From the IMG/VR virus record IMGVR_UViG_3300032167_000030: a DNA stretch of 49,938 nt, one strand, 5' to 3'. The DNA comes from an uncultured virus (IMG/VR IMGVR_UViG_3300032167_000030) (taxonomy: Duplodnaviria; Heunggongvirae; Uroviricota; Caudoviricetes). Position 1 is the first letter of the stretch; each line of letters opens with the position of its first letter. Made by a program: the position numbers and the translations under genes. Under the pieces are notes generated by a model. The model did not search any database and had not been told where the DNA came from. It saw only the letters and a list, made by a program, of their open reading frames with translations. Shown piece by piece: positions 1 to 8,387 of the stretch.

Positions 1-381
1 ATTAGTAAAAAGACTAATGATAACTGGGGTTATATAGAATCTTTAGATGGTTGGGTATCTATGAATTTTCTTACTTTAGCACCTAAGATAGATTTAATCC
101 CTGTTACTGGCAGTAAGGTATTTGTAGTTACAAATGTAGACAAAGGTGATGTTCTAAACATTCGTAAAGGGCCTAGTACTAACTATGATATAATAACTAC
201 ATTAAAAAATGGACAAACTGTTCATATCAATAAAAAAACTAATAATGGTTGGGGTTATATACAAAATCTAAAAGGTTATGCTTCAATGAGTTATTTAGAA
301 CCTTTACAGATTAAAAAGAAAACTCCTAAAAAACCAAATTTGTTTACTAGACTAACTGATAGAATAAATCTAACTAAATAA
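1..381 (+). CDS. SH3b-domain protein, 5'-truncated (tandem SH3_3-like cell-wall-binding domains)
   Basis: Frame is open from base 1 (ISKKTNDNWGYIESLDGWVSM). The repeat unit LNIRKGPSTNYDII...NGWGYIQ...GYASM is typical of SH3_3. Confidence 0.8.
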   Translation: MSKKTNDNWGYIESLDGWVSMNFLTLAPKIDLIPVTGSKVFVVTNVDKGDVLNIRKGPSTNYDIITTLKNGQTVHINKKTNNGWGYIQNLKGYASMSYLEPLQIKKKTPKKPNLFTRLTDRINLTK

Positions 382-385
382 AGAA

Positions 386-423
386 AAGAGTATAACCTAT
401 TTTAGGTTATACTCTTCTTTTTG
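386..423. terminator. Bidirectional intrinsic terminator
   Basis: Inverted repeat aagagtataaccta/taggttatactctt with A/T tails, between convergent genes. Confidence 0.8.
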
Positions 424-428
424 TATTT

Positions 429-1160
429 TTATTGATCAATTAAGGTATCAACTATGAAAGATTCTTCTTCACAGCTTATTATAGGTTTGCAATGATGGTG
501 ATGATCCATAGGAGGTGCCATTTCAGGTCTCATATGATGATGAGGAGGAGGACCTAAAGGAGCGGGAGGATGATACATTTCATGCATTTTACGATTAGTA
601 TGGTGACATTTATGGTTATTATTGTTGCCAATTAAACCACCATTAACGCCACTATTACTACCGTTATTCCCATTATTCTCACCAATTATACCACCGTCAA
701 CATAATCATCGTCAATTGAACCATTGTTACCACCAATTGAACCACCGTCAACAATTATACCGTCACCAGTTGAATATTCATCGGCACTTAAGATACGAAT
801 ATTGTCATCATTAAATCCACATAAAATTAAGATAAGTTTTACATCAGACTGATAAAGATGACCTTTAATTATTACAGAATAGAAAGGAACTCTCTTATTA
901 CCTTTGGTTTCATATTTCTTTAAGAACTCAAAAGCATCTATAGTTAAAGTAGTAGGAATAGAAACAATGTACTTTTTCTTATTGAGATCTTTCTTAAACT
1001 TTTTATTATTTCTTAAGATAACAGTAATACCTTCAACATCAGCTTCAGACTGTACTGCAACATCAAAATATTTTAAAAATACTTCATTTTCATCAAATTC
1101 AAATAACGCAGCTTCTATTGCACTGAAGTCTTCTGAACTACTAGCAGTAATGTTTAACAT
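429..1160 (-). CDS. Hypothetical protein with Gly/Asn repeats and His/Pro-rich tail
   Basis: 243 aa ORF with RBS aaggag, three V(D/N)GGxIG units and PPPHHH/HHHHC segments. Confidence 0.7.
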   Translation of the reverse strand: MLNITASSSEDFSAIEAALFEFDENEVFLKYFDVAVQSEADVEGITVILRNNKKFKKDLNKKKYIVSIPTTLTIDAFEFLKKYETKGNKRVPFYSVIIKGHLYQSDVKLILILCGFNDDNIRILSADEYSTGDGIIVDGGSIGGNNGSIDDDYVDGGIIGENNGNNGSNSGVNGGLIGNNNNHKCHHTNRKMHEMYHPPAPLGPPPHHHMRPEMAPPMDHHHHCKPIISCEEESFIVDTLIDQ

Positions 1161-1207
1161 AAATTAAAAATCTCCTTTCTTTATTTTTGATTAAAGAATC
1201 CTATAAT

Positions 1208-2635
1208 TCATTGTTCTAGAATACAGGATTCATTTAACATTTCCATCACAGGAGATTCAAAATAGTCATCTATAGCTTTTTGATAGTCTTCTGTCATATA
1301 AGAAAGTATACCTAAATCTTCTTTATTGATAGTTGTAACTTTATCCTTTAGTATAGTCTTATCGAAATCATAGATTTCTTCATCAGTCATACCTAAAGAA
1401 CCAGCTTTATCTCTCCTATCATCAATACCAGCAAATAGCTTATCTATAGCTTTCTTGAAATAAGGAGTTTTCTTTAATAGCTTTTCGATATCATTGATAT
1501 CATTCTGGATTTCTTCTATCTGTTTAGGAGACATGTTCTTTTTGTTAGTTTCTAACTCATACTTTAATTTCTCTAAAGCAAATGTTACACGTTTCTGATG
1601 AGTAGGATGTTCGTCACTCATATAAGCAACGAAATAGAATAAGACATCAGAATAGTAATCTAAGACTCTAACAATAGGAATCTTACTAGCAATTTTTTTA
1701 GAATAAGTAAAGTTAGAGGAAGAGTTGAAAGTATCAACTACACCTAATGCATAACCATAAGAAGCTGCGAAGTTATCACAGAACTTTTCAGCATTATAGT
1801 TCTGAGTTTTCTTAGCTGAATTCTCTAGATTCTTATAAGCCGCAGAATTGACTAATAGAGGGAACATTAGTGTATATATTGCAGTATTTACTAAAGAAAA
1901 AGCAGTAGTTATAACCTTACCTACAACAGTAGCTAAAGTATAGAAAGCTTTACCAATTCCAGTATGGGTAGACTTGTATCTACCATTAATGATGTCAAAA
2001 GCTTTATCAGATAGGAATTTCTTAGTTTCTTCATAAGAAGACTTTTGAATTCCTTTTTTAAAGTTCAATCCTTCATTGATTAAAACTCTTACAACTTCAG
2101 ATACTAATCTAGGATCATAATTGTATTGATCTAACAGTCTCATTAAGTATAGTACAAACTCTGTAAATAGCTTAGACTTACGATTTTGTATCTGTTCCTT
2201 CATATAGAAGAAATTATGTCCAACTTCATGTAGTAAAATACCCATGATGTTAGTGACACTATAGTTTCTAATGGTATAAGTATTGATATAGATGTATAAA
2301 GTCTTACCAGTAGCAGACTTATATCGTATACCATTATTATCTGATACTAGTTCAAAAAACTTATCATCATAACTACGATTCTTTTCATAATAGAAAGGTA
2401 CAGTATATGCATTCAATCCACTTTCATCAGCTAAAATAGATAAATAGACTTTTTCACAGTTGAACTTTTTAGCTATCAAAGATTCAAATGTAGTCTTTTC
2501 ATTGATAGAGTTAGGATTCTTGCCTGCTACTATAGCTTCTTTCATCGCTTTAATACATTCTTCACATTCTAGTAGAGTACTATCCTTACCGAAGTAAGAT
2601 TCCTGTAAAAGAACATTTTCATTCATTATTTCCAA
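1208..2635 (-). CDS. Zincin metallopeptidase-like protein (M48-like motif order), possible virion protein
   Basis: LLHEVGH, then AEKFCD, then EHPTHQKRV. This follows the HExxH...ExxAD...HP..R order of M48 peptidases. Confidence 0.55.
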   Translation of the reverse strand: MEIMNENVLLQESYFGKDSTLLECEECIKAMKEAIVAGKNPNSINEKTTFESLIAKKFNCEKVYLSILADESGLNAYTVPFYYEKNRSYDDKFFELVSDNNGIRYKSATGKTLYIYINTYTIRNYSVTNIMGILLHEVGHNFFYMKEQIQNRKSKLFTEFVLYLMRLLDQYNYDPRLVSEVVRVLINEGLNFKKGIQKSSYEETKKFLSDKAFDIINGRYKSTHTGIGKAFYTLATVVGKVITTAFSLVNTAIYTLMFPLLVNSAAYKNLENSAKKTQNYNAEKFCDNFAASYGYALGVVDTFNSSSNFTYSKKIASKIPIVRVLDYYSDVLFYFVAYMSDEHPTHQKRVTFALEKLKYELETNKKNMSPKQIEEIQNDINDIEKLLKKTPYFKKAIDKLFAGIDDRRDKAGSLGMTDEEIYDFDKTILKDKVTTINKEDLGILSYMTEDYQKAIDDYFESPVMEMLNESCILEQ

Positions 2636-2661
2636 AGTATTTTCACCTACCTGTATTTTAA

Positions 2662-3849
2662 TTAGTATTTATTCAGTATAACTTGTTGAGTTGCAATACA
2701 GAAGAAAAGCATGATAGACTTTCTAAATGCTATCAAACTAGCAACTCGTTGAGTTTTTAAGTATTTTTCAGAATTTTCTTTTAACCATTCATCTAGAATT
2801 TCCTTCATTCTAATAACACCTTTATCGTTAGTATTAGACTTACCATAAATCTTGTTAACATAAACTAGGAAATTAGAACTAGAGAATGTTGCTTCTGGAT
2901 GTCTATCAACTACTAAATACTGATGTAAGAATAATGCTATGAATTCCTTAATACGTTTGTCATCTTTTTCTAAGATCCGAGTGATTACGTTTCTAACTTC
3001 GCTAATAGAAACGTTAGACATCTTAGCAGACATTTCTACTATGTTTACATTCAAGTTAGAAGTTATGATAGTATTTGCTACTTTTTCTGTCATCTGATAA
3101 ATCTTATTTGAGATGTTGTTAGTTTCATAAAAATCTTCAGCATCAGTTTTTTCTCTTTCAGTATTCATATAGTTTTTGTTTTCTTTATTTTTGATATAAA
3201 CAGTAAGGATTTCCTTAACAAAGTTGTTAATACGAACATACATGTTGTTTAGATAATCCTTAATGTGTAAGTCACAGAAATCCTTATCATCTAAGTAATC
3301 CTTATAAGTCTCATGACAACCATAGGATAGCTTTTGTAGAACATTGATGATAGTACCATACTTCTTAATGTCATAGCGATTAGATAAAGAGTTTATAGTG
3401 TATTCCATTATGTTTGGATTAGGTTCAAACTTAAAACACTTTCTAATAACACTAGAGTATAGAGCTAATGCAAAGTAAAGTATGGACATCTTCATTTCTC
3501 TTTCTTTTTTGTTATCTTGGAAGTACTTAATGATGAAGATCATAGACCAATATTCTGCTTTATTGTATAGAACCCAGCTATCTTCAGTCTGTTTAGTTTC
3601 CTTTATGATTCGATTTAGTTCTTCTGGATTTTTTCCAACTGTATCAAAAACAACTTCGCCATCCATACTGTCAACTCTCCAAGATAGATGTTTGAAATCT
3701 GCATTGAATAGTTTATCATGATTTCTATCAATGTATCTAGGAATGTAACTTAAGAACTCTCTACCATTGTTCTTAGCTATATTCTTTTCAATTTCTGGAT
3801 AGTATTTGGTTTTAACTATAACACTGCTACAATCTTTAGGACTAGCCAA
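2662..3849 (-). CDS. Hypothetical protein
   Basis: 395 aa ORF, TTG start, RBS gaaggtg, preceded by the AACA-N6-TA motif. Confidence 0.75.
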   Translation of the reverse strand: MASPKDCSSVIVKTKYYPEIEKNIAKNNGREFLSYIPRYIDRNHDKLFNADFKHLSWRVDSMDGEVVFDTVGKNPEELNRIIKETKQTEDSWVLYNKAEYWSMIFIIKYFQDNKKEREMKMSILYFALALYSSVIRKCFKFEPNPNIMEYTINSLSNRYDIKKYGTIINVLQKLSYGCHETYKDYLDDKDFCDLHIKDYLNNMYVRINNFVKEILTVYIKNKENKNYMNTEREKTDAEDFYETNNISNKIYQMTEKVANTIITSNLNVNIVEMSAKMSNVSISEVRNVITRILEKDDKRIKEFIALFLHQYLVVDRHPEATFSSSNFLVYVNKIYGKSNTNDKGVIRMKEILDEWLKENSEKYLKTQRVASLIAFRKSIMLFFCIATQQVILNKY

Positions 3850-3879
3850 TTTAGTTCACCTTCTTCTATGTTTTTCTAT

Positions 3880-3891
3880 TATAGATTTGTT
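3880..3891 (-). promoter_or_regulatory. Putative late promoter AACA-N6-TA
   Basis: AACAaatctaTA about 30 nt upstream of the start codon, just after a terminator. Confidence 0.6.
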
Positions 3892-3911
3892 AAAGTCTAG
3901 AAAAATAACAA

Positions 3912-3949
3912 AAAAAGAATAGACTCTTTTGATAGAGTCTATTCTTTTT
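3912..3949 (-). terminator. Intrinsic terminator
   Basis: aaaaagaatagactct/agagtctattcttttt inverted repeat after the flotillin gene. Confidence 0.8.
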
Positions 3950-3956
3950 AAGAAGC

Positions 3957-5516
3957 TTATGTATCAGACTTGTTAGAATTGTCAACAAGTAATCCCTTTA
4001 CAGGACCAGTTACACTCTCGACAATACCTTTAACTTCATCATTAATACCCTTACCATTAAGAGCTTCATTCTCAACATTAAGAACCTTCATAAGTTCAGG
4101 AATACCTTTAAGAGTATCGATTAGTACATTACCACTCTGAGTACCCTGAGAAGAACCATTGATGTTGACGAATTCAGCATTCTTACCAATCTCAGCCATA
4201 ATTTCAGCAGTCTTAGTAGCAATAGTTACTCTAGCTTCAGCTTCAATCTTAAGCTTTTCGATTTCGAAGTTAACCTTTTCATTAGAAGCACGAGCATCTG
4301 CTAGAGCCTTTTCACCTTCTGCCTTAGCTAGTAGTTTAGCCTTCTCAGCTTCAGCTTCTGCTAGACCCTTTTCCTTAATGACTTCTACTTCTGCTAGACC
4401 CTTTTCCTTTGCTACTTCAGCTTCAGCAATACCCTTTAGCTTAGTAACATCAGCTGTTGCCTGACCTTCCTTCTTAACCTTTTCTGCATTAGCATCAGCA
4501 TTGATCTTAATAGCATTAGCTTCTCTTTCAGCAACCATAACCTTTGCTTCAGCATCAATCTTCTTGATGTTAGCTACTGCTTCAGCTGCAATCTGATTCT
4601 TTTCTTTTTCAGCCTGTGCCTTAGTGATGATAACTTCCTTTTCCTTCTGAGCAGCAAAGTTAGCCTGTTCCTGACGGATTACCTGAATTCTACCTTCCTG
4701 TTCTGCAACTTCCTGTTCTCTCTTAGTTGTCTGAAGTCTACCAGCAATTTCAGCATTTGCATTAGCAGTATCAGTTTCAGCCTTAAATTCAGCTCTCTTA
4801 AGATCATTATCACGTTTCTTTTCAGCAATAGCTAGATTTGCAGCAAGTTCAGAATGAGCAGCAGCTTGTTCAGATTCTGCCTTCTTCTTACGAACTTCCT
4901 GATTAATCTGAGCCTTCTTAGTTTCTGCGGATAGACGCTTATCTTCCATATCTAGAGCTGCAATGTTATCATAGTAACCATTATTATCAGAAATATCTTG
5001 AATGTTTAGAGAAACTAGTTCCATACCCATGTTTCTCATTTCATCTTCAACAGTATCACGAACCTTCTGAGCAAATTCAGCCTTATCTTTAAGAACAGCT
5101 TCAGGAGTCATAGATGCAACAATATCACGAACAGCGCCAGTAAGAGTTAGTTTAACATCATTAATAATACCTTCCTGACCACGTTCTTTAAAAGACATAA
5201 TTGCTTTCTTTAGATTTGCTTCATCAGAGGTATCAGGACGAATCTGAGCAGTCCAGTCGGTAACAATAGGTACAGAAGTTACAGTACGAATTTCATCTCT
5301 ATCGGCCTTAACAGTAAGCATACAAAGATCAAAATACTGTGCTCTTCTAAAAATAGGAATTACAAAACTACCACCAGATACCTTAATCTTAGGCTCTTTG
5401 CCACCAGTAATAATCAATGCCTTGTCAATATCAGCTACCTTGTAAATCATACACATGAAACCAATGACTAATCCTAATAGTACTACGCCAATAATGATAG
5501 GGATAATAATTGCCAT
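3957..5516 (-). CDS. Flotillin / SPFH (band 7) domain protein
   Basis: N-terminal TM helix, ALIITG...GGSFVIP, SPFH core (VRDIVASMTPE, LVSLNIQDISD) and AEA-rich coiled coil. Confidence 0.9.
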   Translation of the reverse strand: MAIIIPIIIGVVLLGLVIGFMCMIYKVADIDKALIITGGKEPKIKVSGGSFVIPIFRRAQYFDLCMLTVKADRDEIRTVTSVPIVTDWTAQIRPDTSDEANLKKAIMSFKERGQEGIINDVKLTLTGAVRDIVASMTPEAVLKDKAEFAQKVRDTVEDEMRNMGMELVSLNIQDISDNNGYYDNIAALDMEDKRLSAETKKAQINQEVRKKKAESEQAAAHSELAANLAIAEKKRDNDLKRAEFKAETDTANANAEIAGRLQTTKREQEVAEQEGRIQVIRQEQANFAAQKEKEVIITKAQAEKEKNQIAAEAVANIKKIDAEAKVMVAEREANAIKINADANAEKVKKEGQATADVTKLKGIAEAEVAKEKGLAEVEVIKEKGLAEAEAEKAKLLAKAEGEKALADARASNEKVNFEIEKLKIEAEARVTIATKTAEIMAEIGKNAEFVNINGSSQGTQSGNVLIDTLKGIPELMKVLNVENEALNGKGINDEVKGIVESVTGPVKGLLVDNSNKSDT

Positions 5517-5553
5517 TTTTTAAGTCTCCTTTTTATTTTTTGATTTATGTAAA

Positions 5554-5591
5554 ATACTAGAGACTATAAGTTGTATTATAGTCTCTAGTAT
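5554..5591 (-). terminator. Long hairpin, probable terminator
   Basis: atactagagactataa/ttatagtctctagtat inverted repeat with tttt on the minus strand. Confidence 0.7.
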
Positions 5592-5602
5592 GAATTTAAC
5601 AC

Positions 5603-7099
5603 TTATCTTTCGTTCATCTTAAGTTCTTTGATCTTATTAGTCCAAGCACCATGTCCAGAACATGATAAATCTTTCTTACGTCCTGTTAATACCCACATTA
5701 GTTTGGTACTACTACTAATATGATACTTTTCGTCAAGACAAGACTCGCCCCATCCGTCAGTGAAATAAACCAGTAAGTCAGGTTTATCTTGTTGACGCAT
5801 TTCTTCCTTAAGATATTTGAAGACAGGTGTAAATGCTGTACCTCCACGTCCCTTGACATTCATGTCAACTTCTTGCAGGTTCTTAGCCTTATAAACTCTC
5901 TGTACGTTATAATCACATTCAATGATTGTCATTTCAAACTTAACCAATTCTAGAATCTTAAAGATTTCAGAGAATACAAACTGAAGTTCTCTTTCACCCA
6001 TAGAACCAGAAGTATCAATAGCAACTGCGATTTTAACTTTTCTATCAGACATTTTACCCTTAAGATCCATTCTATCAGGCTGTCTTCTAGGTCTTCTTAG
6101 AGGAGTAAGTTTATAAGGACACTTAACAGAACCAACAAGTCTCTTTAGTTCATCCTGCCACTTAATGATAGTAGGTTCATTAATCTTATTGATTAGCTCT
6201 TGTAGATCGCCAGGTACATTACCACAATTCTTGATTGCTTCATTTACCATATGCTTAACGATCTCCTTGATGTTCTGAACATCGGAACTATCAGATTCTT
6301 TCCAGATAGAATGATCAATAGGATATTTCTTATCTAGAATTTCATCTAACATTTCCTGAATGGATTTTCCACCATTTCCAGAACCATTTCCAGAAGCTTT
6401 ACCATTTTTACCATCACCAGATCCAGAGCCACTACCAGAACCATTACCATTCTGACCCATACTTTCATTAAGCTGATCAAGAATATCCTGAATATCCTTC
6501 ATCATTTGCTTATACTGTTCAGAATCTTTTTTGTATACATCACTATTCTTTACTAGTTCTAAGTAATACTCAAAAGATTCTTTACGAGATACTCTGTAAG
6601 GATCTAGTTTAAACTGTTTACAGAAATTGTCAAACGTAACACATTCATCAGGAATTTCTGGAATGAACTGGTTGATAGCAACGTCCATAACGATATTCTC
6701 AATATAGCTATCAAAACGATTGTTATTCTCTTTACTTCTTAGAAGATGGAAATGAAGTAGATGATAAACCTCATGTTTTAGAATAGCTTTAACTTCTTTA
6801 TGAGTATATCTTAGTAGTAGAGCAGGATTTATTACCAATAATGGAGAACCTTTTTTGATAGTTACACCTGCAGGTGCATAGAAATCATAACGAATTTCTC
6901 TTTGCATATGGATAATGAAAGTACCAAAGAAGTGATCTGAAATCAATAGATTGAAGATGATCAATTCAATGTACTCTTTAAAGTATCTTGTTGCAGTATT
7001 AAGATCCTTGTTGTTAACACATTCTAAGCATCTTTTCTTAAGTTCTTCTACATTCATGTCTTCTAAACTAGTATTCTTAGTACTAACTTTAGCTGCCAT
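5603..7099 (-). CDS. VWA-domain metallopeptidase (DUF2201-like)
   Basis: HEVYH zinc motif, NIVMDVAIN, Gly/Ser linker, MIDAS DTSGS, GRGGTAF and FTDG. Confidence 0.9.
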   Translation of the reverse strand: MAAKVSTKNTSLEDMNVEELKKRCLECVNNKDLNTATRYFKEYIELIIFNLLISDHFFGTFIIHMQREIRYDFYAPAGVTIKKGSPLLVINPALLLRYTHKEVKAILKHEVYHLLHFHLLRSKENNNRFDSYIENIVMDVAINQFIPEIPDECVTFDNFCKQFKLDPYRVSRKESFEYYLELVKNSDVYKKDSEQYKQMMKDIQDILDQLNESMGQNGNGSGSGSGSGDGKNGKASGNGSGNGGKSIQEMLDEILDKKYPIDHSIWKESDSSDVQNIKEIVKHMVNEAIKNCGNVPGDLQELINKINEPTIIKWQDELKRLVGSVKCPYKLTPLRRPRRQPDRMDLKGKMSDRKVKIAVAIDTSGSMGERELQFVFSEIFKILELVKFEMTIIECDYNVQRVYKAKNLQEVDMNVKGRGGTAFTPVFKYLKEEMRQQDKPDLLVYFTDGWGESCLDEKYHISSSTKLMWVLTGRKKDLSCSGHGAWTNKIKELKMNER

Positions 7100-8268
7100 T
7101 ATAGAAATAAACCTCCTTCTTCTAGAATTGCTTTAGAAAATAGTATAGATTTAACAGATTTCTTTAGCATGTTTGCATTTGCAATTATGTCATTATAGAA
7201 CAATCTTTGATTATGGTATGGAAATCCTGATCTTCCATCATATTTATAAGTTGCTAAATCCACTAGTAACTGCATTGAGTTTCTTACTTTTGGAATAGGT
7301 GACTTATTCCAAGTATGAATTATTGCATTCAAGAAGATACGTTTTAAAGTAGGATTTAGTTCATTATTGTAAACATACTCCCAGAAATGAACTACATCAC
7401 TAGTTGATTCAGAACTTCTATTCTTACTATTGTTAGTCCACCTCTTTGTGTATAAGAAAGTATTCATGAAACCAAATTTCTCAGTTTCTATTTCATCTTT
7501 GAAAATAGTGATTAGATTGTTCTGTAGCTTATTGATTACTTTTTCATTATCTTCTCCATAGATATCTAGAATAGCATTATAGAAATCAAAGATTATAGCT
7601 AAACTTTCAAATAGATAAGATTTAGTATAATGTGCTAAACCTTTATCCATACTTTTTATAACTCTTTTGAGTTTCTTATTGAAAAGCTCAAAGATGTTAA
7701 TCTTAAATCCTCTAGATTTCAGATATTCTAGATATACTTTTAGGAAGTTATAGTTGAAATGGTTATAGTAAAACCAAGTACCATTACATTGAGATTCAAA
7801 CATAATCTCTACAGCTTCTTGTTGATTGTTTTTATAGTATTCTAACTGCTTATCCCAATACTTATAGAGACCATCTAAGAAGATATAGAAAAAGTTCTCA
7901 TTTTTCTTGTTGAACTCTAATGGAAAACCTTCTTCATTTGTTTTAGCTACATCAACATAACAGTCAATTCCACTATTGGATAACATCGTTTCATAGTAAC
8001 CTTTATTACTATTATGACTATTTTTATAGTAACCAAAATTGTTACTAAATGTCATACTTACTATTCTTTCTAGATAGATTTTTGCTAAATCTATTCTATC
8101 TTCATAAGAAAGTATGTTACAAGCATCTTTATAGTTTCTTCTTGCATCTGGTTGTAAAAACTTCATAACATCACTTGGTGTTATATAACGATCATAGTAG
8201 TAACTGTTTTCAGTAGCTTCTTTAAAATCTAGAAACTTTTTTACAAATTCCAATTCTTTATCAGTCAA
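7099..8268 (-). CDS. Hypothetical protein
   Basis: 389 aa ORF; its stop overlaps the VWA gene start. Confidence 0.75.
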   Translation of the reverse strand: MTDKELEFVKKFLDFKEATENSYYYDRYITPSDVMKFLQPDARRNYKDACNILSYEDRIDLAKIYLERIVSMTFSNNFGYYKNSHNSNKGYYETMLSNSGIDCYVDVAKTNEEGFPLEFNKKNENFFYIFLDGLYKYWDKQLEYYKNNQQEAVEIMFESQCNGTWFYYNHFNYNFLKVYLEYLKSRGFKINIFELFNKKLKRVIKSMDKGLAHYTKSYLFESLAIIFDFYNAILDIYGEDNEKVINKLQNNLITIFKDEIETEKFGFMNTFLYTKRWTNNSKNRSSESTSDVVHFWEYVYNNELNPTLKRIFLNAIIHTWNKSPIPKVRNSMQLLVDLATYKYDGRSGFPYHNQRLFYNDIIANANMLKKSVKSILFSKAILEEGGLFL

Positions 8269-8328
8269 AACTTATAGTACATCTCCTTTCTCTATAAGAT
8301 TTTTTGATTACTCATTAAAAAAGAAAAA

Positions 8329-8375
8329 AGTTTAAGAGTTAGAGAATTTTTTATTTTTCTCTAACTCTTAAACTC
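8329..8375 (-). terminator. Intrinsic terminator
   Basis: agtttaagagttagaga/tctctaactcttaaact stem with a U tract on the minus strand. Confidence 0.75.
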
Positions 8376-8387
8376 TATTAGTATGGC

